A model generated the notes under the pieces. That model saw nothing but the letters and a program-made list of their open reading frames with translations. It was not told the origin of the DNA and ran no database searches. 64,000 nucleotides of DNA. Origin: an uncultured Alphaproteobacteria bacterium (lineage in GTDB: Bacteria; Pseudomonadota; Alphaproteobacteria; Rs-D84). Shown in pieces: positions 8,817 through 18,076 of this stretch; within the stretch, counting starts at the first letter, position 1, and the number at the start of each line of letters is the position of its first letter. The DNA lies in NCBI GenBank assembly GCA_949878575.1, contig CATLAX010000001.1:202752-266751 (forward strand), given 5' to 3'. The translations under genes and the position numbers were made by a program.

Positions 8817-9878
8817 ATGAAAGTAAAAAATATTGCTTTTTCTGGTTTTGCTGCAGCGGTTATGCTGAGTGCTGGCGTCGCAAATGCCGCCACCACAACA
8901 CAAATCGCCAGCAAGACGTATGTTGACAATACGGTTGGCGCGGTTGACGACAAGGTTACGACGTTGAACACGACGTTGACCGAACAGTACACGAAAACCA
9001 ATGATATGGGTACTGTCATCAATCAAAACATTACAAATGCCATTAATAATGAAGATGGGGCAATAAAGACCGCGTTGGATTCAAAGGCCGATGCGTCCGA
9101 TGTGCAAACTTTGACATCGCAGGTTGGAACAAATACCACCAACATCACGAACCTGACGTCACAGCAGACGACAAATACCGGCGATATTAGCCAGTTAAAG
9201 ACGGATGTTGCGGGCAAGGCGGACAAGTTAACCGGTGAAAATATCAAGGCCGGCAATATCGCAACAATCAGCGCAGATGGTAATTATACTGCCGGTACCG
9301 TTGCCGCATCAGACTTGGTGACAAATGCAACCGTTACTGAAAAAATTACCGCCGCGTTGGAAGGCAATGATTCCGTCAAAGAAATAATTACCAACATCGT
9401 TGGCAACGGCGACGTTGTAAAGGATGCGATTGACAACTCTGTTAAAGAGGGGACGCTGAAAACAGAGCTGGGCAAAAAGGCGGACAAAATCACCGTTACA
9501 GCGGAACAGGCGGGCAATTTGACCATGGTTGATGCCAACGGCCAGTATCAGGTTGTTGACGGTGTAAAGGCCGCTGATGTTGCCACAACGTCAGATGTTA
9601 CGACCATTATAAACAGCGCAATTACCGCCGATGATGGTGCTATCAAGACAGAGTTGGATAAAAAAGCCGATGCGGCGACCACGCTGGCGGGTTATGGTAT
9701 AACCGATGCGTATACCAAGACGGAAACGGATGCAAAAATTATTGATTTGGCGATTCCAAGGCCCACAGGCAACTGTGCGTCTGAATCCGGCCGCTGTGTA
9801 TTGTCTGTTGATACAGAAGGCAGTGGTCTGATGTGGCTGGATGTAACGTCACCGCTGGAACCGACGACTGGCGACTAA
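8817..9878 (+). CDS. secreted tail-fibre-like fibrous protein F2
   Basis: Signal peptide ...SAGVANA|ATT. Mature N-terminus IASKTYVDNTV. TLAGYGITDAYTKTETDAKI motif. C-terminal CASESGRCVLSVDTEGSGLMWLDV module. Confidence 0.85.
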   Translation: MKVKNIAFSGFAAAVMLSAGVANAATTTQIASKTYVDNTVGAVDDKVTTLNTTLTEQYTKTNDMGTVINQNITNAINNEDGAIKTALDSKADASDVQTLTSQVGTNTTNITNLTSQQTTNTGDISQLKTDVAGKADKLTGENIKAGNIATISADGNYTAGTVAASDLVTNATVTEKITAALEGNDSVKEIITNIVGNGDVVKDAIDNSVKEGTLKTELGKKADKITVTAEQAGNLTMVDANGQYQVVDGVKAADVATTSDVTTIINSAITADDGAIKTELDKKADAATTLAGYGITDAYTKTETDAKIIDLAIPRPTGNCASESGRCVLSVDTEGSGLMWLDVTSPLEPTTGD

Positions 9879-9916
9879 AGTTTTATAAATAAAAAAGAGA
9901 AGGAAAGGAACAAAAC

Positions 9917-10801
9917 ATGAAAAAACTAACAACCGGTATTTTTACAGTGCTGTTGGGAATGGTTGCCGTTGAAGCGAACGCGGCCGTTACGTCAAAGGCA
10001 TATGTTGATAACAAGTTTGATGCGGTTAAGGCGACGGCAGACGCTAACACCACGTCCATCGGTGCGTTGCAAACAACTGTGGCGGGCAAGGCTGACAAGT
10101 CTGTAACGGACGGTTTAACCACGCGTTTAACCGCGGCAGAGGGCGATATTGACGGCCTGCAGGGAACAGTTGGAAATGCAACTTCCGGCTTGGTAAAAGA
10201 CGTGGCAGATTTACAAGAGAATATGAAAAATGTTGCGACAACAGAAGGCTTGGGTGAATTAACGAAAACAGTTGAAGGTCATACAACATCTATAACTACA
10301 TTGACCGGCAGCGCGGACACAACGGGTTCTGTTGCGAATTCTATTAAGAATGCCTTGACCTCGTATTCCACAACCGAACAAATGAACACTGCGATTTCAG
10401 ACGCCACCAGTGACAAGGCGACAACAGAGGCTTTGACAACAGGTCTGGCTGGCAAGCAGGACAAGTCCAAGGCTGCGTATTCTGTCGGTGCCGCTGATGG
10501 TACATGGCAGGCATTGACCCAGGCACAGATTGATGCGTTGGATTCCACGATTACTGCAGCCAAAGTTTCCACATATGATGGTTATTCCGCAAAGATTACT
10601 GCAAATGAAACAGCTGCAGCCAATGCGCAAACCGCGGCAGAGGCGGCCCAAACAACTGCAAATGCGGCAATTCCAAAGGTAAATGCAGAGGGCGGCAACG
10701 GTAAGTATGTTTTGACTGCAACAGCAGTGGACGGAACCGCCACATATGCATGGGAAATTATAGAACGTGCCGGTGAGGGCTCTGAAAACGCCGGGCAATA
10801 A
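9917..10801 (+). CDS. secreted tail-fibre-like fibrous protein F3
   Basis: Signal peptide ...VAVEANA|AVT. N-terminus VTSKAYVDNKF. Modules are shared with F1 ([29 protein letters not shown]) and F5 (KVSTYDGY). C-terminal GKYVLTATAVDGTATYAWEII. Confidence 0.85.
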   Translation: MKKLTTGIFTVLLGMVAVEANAAVTSKAYVDNKFDAVKATADANTTSIGALQTTVAGKADKSVTDGLTTRLTAAEGDIDGLQGTVGNATSGLVKDVADLQENMKNVATTEGLGELTKTVEGHTTSITTLTGSADTTGSVANSIKNALTSYSTTEQMNTAISDATSDKATTEALTTGLAGKQDKSKAAYSVGAADGTWQALTQAQIDALDSTITAAKVSTYDGYSAKITANETAAANAQTAAEAAQTTANAAIPKVNAEGGNGKYVLTATAVDGTATYAWEIIERAGEGSENAGQ

Positions 10802-10891
10802 ACAAATATTTCGGGTTGCCGGTGGTCCGGCAACCCGGGAAAAATGAAAGCGCGGGCATTTTGCGGATAAAAATAAAGATTGAGTAAAGAT

Positions 10892-12466
10892 ATGAAAAAG
10901 AATGGAATTTTGGCGATTTCTCTGGTTGCAGTATTTGCGGTTAGCAATGCATATGCGGATATCGCGTCAACTACTTATGTTCAAAAAGCGGCGTCTGTAT
11001 CTAATGGTGACGGTATTATTTCAACAATTTCGGTGGCCGATGACGGCACGCCGACAGTTACGCGCAGACAGTTGGCAAATACAGATATAGCGGACCGTGG
11101 AATTGATGCGGGCAAGGTTGCGACCACAAAAGCCGGAACAGAATATGATAACATGGGTGAAGAAGCCAAGGAAACGGCCATCCCCACGGTAACGTTGGTG
11201 GAAAATATTGCTGATACCGCCGCAGGTACCGCTGTTAGCAGTGCAATAAAGAATTATGCCACAAAATCTGCGTTGGATGCCGAAATAGCAGCCCGTACAA
11301 GTGCAGATGAAGCGTTGGGTGACAGAATTGATGCAGAGGCCACTGCCCGTCAGACCGCGGATAACAACATAACCGCTAAATTCGGTGATTTGGGAACCAA
11401 GACAGTTGCGCAGGCGATTGCAGACGCCAAAACATCCGCTACATATGACGATACTGCTTTGAAAGGTCGGGTTTCGGCTAATGAAACAGCAATTTCCAAT
11501 ATACAAAGCAGTGCTGCGATGACCTCTGGTGTGACAAAGGCCATAGTTGACAGTGTAACGAATGCGACCACCGGTTTGGCTGCGACACGTACGCTGGCAC
11601 AACAGGGGGTTGTTGACGCGGCCGCTGCGCAAGAGGCTGCCGATGATGCTGCTGCCGCTGCCGCAACAGCGGATGGCAAGGCTGTTGCTGCGCAGAATAC
11701 CGCGAATACGGCCAAAACAACGGCAGAAGCTGCATTGCCAAAGGCAAGTGCCAATGTTGCCGCGGACGGCACGTATATTAAGGCCGGTACTGATGTAAAG
11801 GCGAACTTAGGCTTGCTGGATACTGCAACGAAGGCAGCAAAAGACCAGGCTGATAAAGGCGTGGCGGATGCTGCTGCGGCAAGCTCTGCGGCAAGTGCGG
11901 CCCAAAGCACAGCTAATACGGCAAATTCCACCGCAAATGCAAACAAGGCGGCGATAGAAAATGCGACAACGGGGCTTGCCGCTACTAAAAAGATTGCCGA
12001 CGCCGCATTACCAACGGCTACATATAATGCGGATACGACCGTTACAGATGGTAATTATGTAAAAGCTGCTAATAAAGTAAATGCGAACTTAAAAGCGTTG
12101 GATACCGCGGTAAAGGCGGCGGCGGATGCGGCCACATCATCGTCCAATACGGCTTTGGATAGCGCCAAGGCATATACGGATACGAAAGTGAACGCGTTGG
12201 ATTTGGCAACACAGACAGGTAACGGTGTTATCAAAACCGTGACACAGACAGATGGTAAGGTTACGGTAACACGCGGAACGGTTGCAACTGCGGAAATTAC
12301 AGATGGTGCTGTGACCAATGAAAAGATTACCTCTGTTGCATCCAGCAAGGTTACAGGCTTAACAGAACTGGCAACCTTGGCAATGCCTGCGGCATGTGCG
12401 ACAAATGAATGTGCTTTGGTATATGACAAAACTACAAAAGCACCGAAATGGGAGGTTGTTAGATAA
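10892..12466 (+). CDS. secreted tail-fibre-like fibrous protein F4
   Basis: The ATG at 10892 is preferred over the TTG at 10880. Signal peptide ...AVSNAYA|DIA. N-terminus IASTTYVQKA. Contains the TKAGTEYDNMGEEAKETAIPTV cassette and Ala-rich AAQNTANTAKTTAEAA runs. C-terminal CATNECALVYDKTTKAPKWEVV. Confidence 0.85.
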   Translation: MKKNGILAISLVAVFAVSNAYADIASTTYVQKAASVSNGDGIISTISVADDGTPTVTRRQLANTDIADRGIDAGKVATTKAGTEYDNMGEEAKETAIPTVTLVENIADTAAGTAVSSAIKNYATKSALDAEIAARTSADEALGDRIDAEATARQTADNNITAKFGDLGTKTVAQAIADAKTSATYDDTALKGRVSANETAISNIQSSAAMTSGVTKAIVDSVTNATTGLAATRTLAQQGVVDAAAAQEAADDAAAAAATADGKAVAAQNTANTAKTTAEAALPKASANVAADGTYIKAGTDVKANLGLLDTATKAAKDQADKGVADAAAASSAASAAQSTANTANSTANANKAAIENATTGLAATKKIADAALPTATYNADTTVTDGNYVKAANKVNANLKALDTAVKAAADAATSSSNTALDSAKAYTDTKVNALDLATQTGNGVIKTVTQTDGKVTVTRGTVATAEITDGAVTNEKITSVASSKVTGLTELATLAMPAACATNECALVYDKTTKAPKWEVVR

Positions 12467-12587
12467 CACCCGGTGATTTATGTGGCGTGATAAAATCAAA
12501 TTGCGCCACATAATGGCTTGTCTTGTATGGGCGATTTGTGATATTATATAGAAAGTAAAGATTGGATTAGTAGAGAGTTTGTAAGAT

Positions 12588-14597
12588 ATGAGGCGTTTTG
12601 TTGGCATTTTTTCTGTCTCTGTTATCGCGATAATGGCGGCTTGTAATGTTTTTGCGGCCACGTCTGATGATGTTGCTGATTCTAATATCGCATCAGTTGG
12701 GTATGTAAAAGGGGCTATTGAAGACTTGGATGTTACAGATACAGCTGTTACAGGCCAGGTTGTAACCAAGGTCAGTCAGACAGATGGTAAAATTGCTGTG
12801 AGCCGCGGCACGGTTTCTTATAACAATTTGACTGATAAACCGGCATTAAAGACTGTTGCGACAACCGGTTCTTATAATGATTTGACAAATAAGCCTACTA
12901 TTCCCGCGGCTCAGGTACAACCGGACTGGAATGCAACAACGGGTATGGGGGCCATAAAAAATAAACCGACATTGGGCTCTCTTGCGGCTAAAAGTTCTGT
13001 GACAAATGCAGATATTGCGGATGGTGCTAATATTGCCGCCGCTAAGATTGCAACGACAAAAGCTGGAACAGGATATGATAACATGGGTGAAGAAGCCAAG
13101 AAAACGGCTGTTCCCACGGTAGAATTGACTGAAAATATCGCCGATACCGCCGCAGGTACCGCTGTTACCAGCGCCTTAAAAAATTATCAGCCGAAGGCAA
13201 CCGCAAATTATCAGATGGGTAATTCTGAGGGTAAGTGGACAACAATGTCGGCGAATCAACAGAATGCTTTGAATTCCGGTATTACCAGTGGAAAAGTATC
13301 AACATATGACGGATATGCCACAGGTAAGGTAAATGTAGCGCAAGGGACCAGCGCGGCCAGCAAGGCGGTTGTGACGGATGCATCTGGAAATGTTACAACC
13401 GGGCAGGTTGTCTCCGGTATGATAGCGGACAATGCCGTTACCAGTGCAAAGATAGCAAATAGAACAATTACAACATCCGATATAAGTGCGAGCGCTGGGA
13501 TAACAAAGGGTCAGTTGGCGTCAGCGGTTCAGGCATCTTTGGATAAAGCGGACAAGGCGTTGCAGGCGCATCAGGATATTTCCGGTAAGGTAAATGTGGC
13601 ACAGGGAAGTACTGCGGCCAGCAAGGCGGTTATAACAAATGCATCCGGAAATATAACAACTGGACAGGTTGCCACTGGTATGATAGCGGACAATGCTGTT
13701 ACAAGCGCAAAGATAGCGGACGAGGCTGTTACCAGTGCAAAGATAGCAAATGGAACGATTACGACATCCGATATAAGTGCGAGCGCTGGGATAACAAAGG
13801 GTCAGTTGGCGTCAGCGGTTCAGGCATCTTTGGATAAAGCGGACAAGGCGTTGCAGGCGCATCAGGATATTTCCGGTAAGGTAAATGTGGCACAGGGAAG
13901 TACTGCGGCCAGCAAGGCGGTTATAACAAATGCATCCGGAAATATAACAACTGGACAGGTTGCCACCGGTATGATAGCGGACAATGCCGTTACAAGCGCA
14001 AAGATAGCAAGTGATGCTGTCACCAGTGCAAAGATAAAAGACGGTACTATTACAAATGCAGATATTGCGGCGGCTGCGGCAATAGCCCCTACTAAGGTTG
14101 CGGCCACAAAGGCTGGAACAGAATATGATAACATGGGCGAAACGGCTAAGGAAACAGCTATTCCCACGGTACAGTTGGCGGAAAATATTGCTGATACCGC
14201 CGCCGGTGTTGCCGTTAGCAGTGCCTTAAAAAGTTATCAGCCGACGTCAACCGCGGTGACCCATACGGCAAATACTGCGGTCGGGTCTGAGGATCTTCCT
14301 GTATATGTTCAAGCATCTGGAGCGGCTGCAACGATAAAAGTTGATACGCAGCCGAATGTAGAGAGTAAAAAACTTATTACGAGTGGAGGGGTCTATCAGG
14401 CAATAAAAGATGTAAGAGGTGGTCTTGATCTTGACTCTACTGTAATTGGGGTTACGGGTGGGGCGGCCGCCACGGGTAAGGTTGTTACATCTGTTACAAA
14501 AAGCGGACGAAATGTTGCTGCTACGATGGATTATGTAAAGATTCCGGTTGGATCCGCGACCGCGCCAACCAGTGTAGCGTCAATATGGGTTGAATAA
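12588..14597 (+). CDS. secreted tail-fibre-like fibrous protein F5 with internal 87/97-aa tandem repeats
   Basis: Signal peptide ...AACNVFA|ATS. N-terminus IASVGYVKGA. SYNDLTNKPT and NNLTDKPAL motifs. Two TKAGT(E/G)YDNMGE cassettes. Three GKVNVAQG... repeat units. Confidence 0.85.
   Translation: MRRFVGIFSVSVIAIMAACNVFAATSDDVADSNIASVGYVKGAIEDLDVTDTAVTGQVVTKVSQTDGKIAVSRGTVSYNNLTDKPALKTVATTGSYNDLTNKPTIPAAQVQPDWNATTGMGAIKNKPTLGSLAAKSSVTNADIADGANIAAAKIATTKAGTGYDNMGEEAKKTAVPTVELTENIADTAAGTAVTSALKNYQPKATANYQMGNSEGKWTTMSANQQNALNSGITSGKVSTYDGYATGKVNVAQGTSAASKAVVTDASGNVTTGQVVSGMIADNAVTSAKIANRTITTSDISASAGITKGQLASAVQASLDKADKALQAHQDISGKVNVAQGSTAASKAVITNASGNITTGQVATGMIADNAVTSAKIADEAVTSAKIANGTITTSDISASAGITKGQLASAVQASLDKADKALQAHQDISGKVNVAQGSTAASKAVITNASGNITTGQVATGMIADNAVTSAKIASDAVTSAKIKDGTITNADIAAAAAIAPTKVAATKAGTEYDNMGETAKETAIPTVQLAENIADTAAGVAVSSALKSYQPTSTAVTHTANTAVGSEDLPVYVQASGAAATIKVDTQPNVESKKLITSGGVYQAIKDVRGGLDLDSTVIGVTGGAAATGKVVTSVTKSGRNVAATMDYVKIPVGSATAPTSVASIWVE
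13323..14040 (+). repeat. in-frame tandem direct repeat inside F5 (units of 261 and 291 bp plus a partial third)
   Basis: Units start at 13323, 13584 and 13875. Segment 13473-13675 is identical by eye to 13764-13966 (offset 291), with near-identity continuing for about 30 bp more. Confidence 0.9.
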
Positions 14598-14657
14598 ACA
14601 AGTTTCCCGAAAGGGATGGAGAGGAGAAGACGGGTAATCGTCTGACCGAGGAGAGTA

Positions 14658-14690
14658 AAACAGCGGCATTGCCGCTGTTTTATGTTTCTT
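14658..14690. terminator. bidirectional rho-independent terminator between F5 and yqaA
   Basis: aaacagcggc att gccgctgttt followed by a T-rich run. An A-run precedes it and serves the opposite strand. Confidence 0.7.
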
Positions 14691-14720
14691 TGTGCTTTGC
14701 TGCAAACCGGGGACGGGGCC

Positions 14721-15293
14721 TTATAACATCATCATTAATGTAATGCCCAGGCCCGCCGCGACAATTGCGGCAACGGTTATCCACCAGAAATATTTTTTTA
14801 CAATCTGGTTGGCTGTTTCCTGAAAACGCCACAGCAATGCCGCCACAACGGCAAAGCGCGCCGTGCGGAATATTGCCGATACACCCAAAAACAGCACCGC
14901 AGGGAAGCCCATAAATCCGGCGCATATTGCCATTAACTTGTACGGTATGGGGGTAAATGCGGTCAAAACTATTATAAACAGGCCGTGTTTTATAAACAGC
15001 TGTTGCGCCATTTCAAATTTTTCCATTGTGGCAAAATTCTGTACCAGCCACATGCCGACGGAATCAAACAGCCAGAACCCGATTAAGTACGCGATTGCGC
15101 CGCCGACCAGCGACCCGGCCGCCGCCGCGATTGTAATAGGCACCGCCCGGCGCCGGTTTGCTATTATTGGCGGGGTCATAAATACTTCCGGTGGAACGAA
15201 TAGAAATATGGATTCGCATACCGTTAAAATGAATACTATCCATGAATAGCCGGGCTGTTCCGATTTGTTTAATATTGATTCCACCAGTTTCAT
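14721..15293 (-). CDS. YqaA/DedA-type (VTT/SNARE-associated domain) inner-membrane protein
   Basis: Multi-TM protein with FVPPEVFMTPPII...GSLVGGAIAYLIGFWLF, typical of YqaA-like proteins. Start chosen at MKLVESIL. Confidence 0.65.
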   Translation of the reverse strand: MKLVESILNKSEQPGYSWIVFILTVCESIFLFVPPEVFMTPPIIANRRRAVPITIAAAAGSLVGGAIAYLIGFWLFDSVGMWLVQNFATMEKFEMAQQLFIKHGLFIIVLTAFTPIPYKLMAICAGFMGFPAVLFLGVSAIFRTARFAVVAALLWRFQETANQIVKKYFWWITVAAIVAAGLGITLMMML

Positions 15294-15383
15294 TTTTCCC
15301 CCAAAAATGTCCGTTTTTTTAAAAATTTTCTTGATTGTACACAAATTTAAGATACTTTACAAATATATAATATATGAAAAAAG

Positions 15384-15749
15384 ATGGCAAAAATGCAGAA
15401 AAAGCGCCTTAATTCAAATCGGCCGGACCGTATCGCGGCAAAGGTTCAGACACTGGTTGCGGAAATTTTGCGCGACAATTACAGTGATGACGAACTGGTT
15501 GCCGGGGTGTCTTTGGTCGGGTCGGTGGCGCATGGCGGACTGCAGTTTGTGCGATTGTATTATTATTCGCGTAATGCGGATACGGGTGCCGTGCAGCGGC
15601 GTTTGGATGAAATAGTGCGCAGTGTGCGTTTTGAACTGGCCGCAAGAATGAACCAGAAATATGTTCCGGATATTCGCTTTGTTTATGATGATACTTTGGA
15701 ACGGGCGTCGCGCATTGACGAATTGTTGGAGAAGATTGCAAATGAATAA
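15384..15749 (+). CDS. rbfA: ribosome-binding factor A
   Basis: RIAAKVQTLVAEILRDN... and the C-terminal acidic tail fit RbfA in size and pattern. Confidence 0.8.
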   Translation: MAKMQKKRLNSNRPDRIAAKVQTLVAEILRDNYSDDELVAGVSLVGSVAHGGLQFVRLYYYSRNADTGAVQRRLDEIVRSVRFELAARMNQKYVPDIRFVYDDTLERASRIDELLEKIANE

Positions 15750-16194
15750 AGACAACATAAAGATTGTGCGTATCAACAATGTAACAGATGAAATATTGCT
15801 GGACTGCTATCAGATTGCAAATCAGACGCGGCCGGAAAATGCGTCGCAGATTTATTGCACTTTAAAGCAGAATGTAAATAACCGCGGGCATGTTTTGTTT
15901 GTATGTACGATTAATGAAATTATATATGGGTTTATTGCCGGGGGAACGGCTTTTGCTAAAAATCATGATGAACCGCTGACTGCAAATGTTGAATGGCTGT
16001 TCGTGGATGTGTGGCATCATCGCAAAGGCATAGGAAGACGTCTGCTGGCGAAATGCGAGGAACATTTTCGCGCAAACGGATTTAAACGCATGACGGTTGA
16101 ACGCGCCCCGACGATTAAGGCGAAAGAATTTTATATTTCCGGCGGCTTTATGCCAATAGCCGCGTATAAACACGCCAAAGATTTAAGCCGCTGA
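15742..16194 (+). CDS. GNAT-family N-acetyltransferase
   Basis: The ATG at 15742 overlaps the rbfA stop. Acetyl-CoA motif A: VDVWHHRKGIGRRLLAKCEEH. Confidence 0.75.
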   Translation: MNKDNIKIVRINNVTDEILLDCYQIANQTRPENASQIYCTLKQNVNNRGHVLFVCTINEIIYGFIAGGTAFAKNHDEPLTANVEWLFVDVWHHRKGIGRRLLAKCEEHFRANGFKRMTVERAPTIKAKEFYISGGFMPIAAYKHAKDLSR

Positions 16195-16274
16195 TTTTTA
16201 CATAGATTCTTATAAAAAACCGATTGCATGTTTTGATATACTGGTGTATCATTGCCGCATATCGGATTTTTTAT

Positions 16275-18065
16275 ATGAGCCAGAAATACATCAGAAACTT
16301 TGCAATAGTCGCGCATATTGACCATGGAAAGTCAACTTTGTCCGACCGCCTGATTGAATATACCGGCGGACTGCAATCGCGCGAGATGAAGGCCCAGGTT
16401 CTGGATTCCATGGATATAGAGCGCGAACGCGGAATCACCATAAAGGCCCAGACGGTGCGTTTGAATTACAAGGCCAAAGACGGCCAGACATATCAGTTGA
16501 ATCTGATGGATACACCCGGGCATGTTGATTTTTCGTATGAGGTGTCGCGCAGCCTGGCCGCATGCGAAGGGGCGTTGGTACTGGTTGATGCAACCCAGGG
16601 GGTTCAGGCGCAGACGCTGGCGAATGCGTATCTGGCGCTGGATAACGATTTGGAAATGTTGCCGGTGTTGAACAAGGTTGACCTGCCGTCAAGCGATGTT
16701 GTGGCCACGCGTGAACAGATTTCCGATGTGATAGGATTGGATGCATCAAACGCCATTGCCGTTTCCGGCAAAACAGGGCAGGGCGTGCCGGATCTGTTGG
16801 AAGAGATTGTTCATAAACTGCCCGCGCCGCGCGGTGATGAAACAGCGCCCACGCGCGCGTTGCTGGTGGATTCCTGGTACGATTCGTATTTGGGCGTTGT
16901 CATACTGGTGCGTGTGGTTGACGGAACGTTGGCGCGCGGCCAGAAAATAAAATTTATGGCGACCGGCGCGGAATATGTGGTTGATAAAATTGGCTATTTT
17001 ACCCCGAAAATGGTAGATACTGATGCGCTGGCGACGGGGGAAATCGGGTTTATTATAACCGGAATGAAAACAATACACGATTGCAAGGTGGGCGACACTA
17101 TTGTTGACGCGCGCTGCGGCGGTGCGGCTTTGCCCGGGTTTAAGCCGTCAATTCCCGTGGTGTTTTCATCCTTTTTCCCGGTGGAGGCGGACGATTACCC
17201 GGCGTTGCGTGAAAGTGCGGAAAAGCTGGCGTTAAACGATGCGTCGTTTATGTTTACAACGGAAAAGTCCAGTGCGCTGGGCTTTGGGTTGCGGTGCGGC
17301 TTTTTGGGCCTGCTGCATATGGAGATTATTAGTGAGCGTCTGTCGCGGGAATTTAATCTGACACTGATTAACACGGTGCCCAGCGTGCTGTACAAACTGT
17401 ACATGCGCGGTGGTGATGTGCTGGATCTGGAAAATCCGGCCGATATGCCGGAACCAACAAAAATAGAACACATAGAGGAACCCTGGGTGCGCGCCACAAT
17501 CATGATGCCTGACAAATATATGGGCGGCATTATGGCACTGTGTTCGGAACGCCGCGGAATTCAAGAAAATATTTCTTATGTCGGGAACCGGGCGGTGCTG
17601 GTTTATCTGCTGCCGCTGGCGGAAATCGTATTTGATTTTTACGACCGTGTGAAGTCCATATCTTCGGGTTACGCGTCGTTTGACTATGTCTTGCACGGAT
17701 ACCAGGCGTCTGATTTGGTTAAGGTTTCCATTCTGGTAAACGATGAAAATGTAGAGCCTTTGTCTTTCATGTGCCACCGCAGTTTTGCAGAAAAACGCGG
17801 CCGCCAGATTGTTGAAAAATTAAAAGACTTAATACCGCGTCATCAGTTCAAGATTCCATTGCAGGCGGCAATCGGCGGTAAAATAATAGCGAGAGAGACC
17901 ATTGCGGCATATCGCAAAGACGTTACCGCAAAGTGTTACGGGGGGGATATAACCCGCAAGCGCAAATTGCTGGAAAAACAAAAGGAAGGCAAAAAACGCA
18001 TGCGAACATTCGGCAGTGTTGAAATCCCGCAAAGCGCGTTTATCAATGCATTAAAAGTCAGCTAA
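16275..18065 (+). CDS. lepA: translation elongation factor 4 (LepA)
   Basis: [29 protein letters not shown] and NKVDLP G-motifs. LepA-specific C-terminal ...[24 protein letters not shown]. Confidence 0.95.
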   Translation: MSQKYIRNFAIVAHIDHGKSTLSDRLIEYTGGLQSREMKAQVLDSMDIERERGITIKAQTVRLNYKAKDGQTYQLNLMDTPGHVDFSYEVSRSLAACEGALVLVDATQGVQAQTLANAYLALDNDLEMLPVLNKVDLPSSDVVATREQISDVIGLDASNAIAVSGKTGQGVPDLLEEIVHKLPAPRGDETAPTRALLVDSWYDSYLGVVILVRVVDGTLARGQKIKFMATGAEYVVDKIGYFTPKMVDTDALATGEIGFIITGMKTIHDCKVGDTIVDARCGGAALPGFKPSIPVVFSSFFPVEADDYPALRESAEKLALNDASFMFTTEKSSALGFGLRCGFLGLLHMEIISERLSREFNLTLINTVPSVLYKLYMRGGDVLDLENPADMPEPTKIEHIEEPWVRATIMMPDKYMGGIMALCSERRGIQENISYVGNRAVLVYLLPLAEIVFDFYDRVKSISSGYASFDYVLHGYQASDLVKVSILVNDENVEPLSFMCHRSFAEKRGRQIVEKLKDLIPRHQFKIPLQAAIGGKIIARETIAAYRKDVTAKCYGGDITRKRKLLEKQKEGKKRMRTFGSVEIPQSAFINALKVS

Positions 18066-18076
18066 AGAGGCTCGAT

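Noticed and set aside
7821-12429. Many antisense or alternate-frame ORFs inside the fibre genes (for example 7821-8327, 8066-8374, 9023-9256, 10397-10798, 11021-11632, 11350-11946, 12055-12429)
   Set aside because: The Ala/Thr-rich GC-skewed codon repeats keep other frames open. The products are low-complexity Ala/Pro/Ser/Cys strings with no starts, RBS or signals of their own.
13323-14040. CRISPR-like or non-coding satellite interpretation of the 261/291-bp repeats
   Set aside because: The repeats are long and contiguous with no unique spacers, and they maintain the F5 reading frame. They are protein repeats.
11120-14237. Diversity-generating retroelement (TR/VR pair) explanation for the repeated cassettes in F4 and F5
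   Set aside because: The window contains no reverse-transcriptase ORF. The copies are all in-frame coding segments, and their differences are not obviously restricted to adenine positions. This cannot be fully excluded without a base-by-base alignment.
6733-14597. Prophage or phage-tail-like particle interpretation of the fibre-gene array
   Set aside because: Within 10 kb on either side there is no capsid, portal, terminase, tape-measure, sheath/tube, baseplate, holin/endolysin or functional integrase gene. All five proteins carry Sec signal peptides, which phage tail fibres do not. The flanks are housekeeping genes (pal, OMP, yqaA, rbfA).
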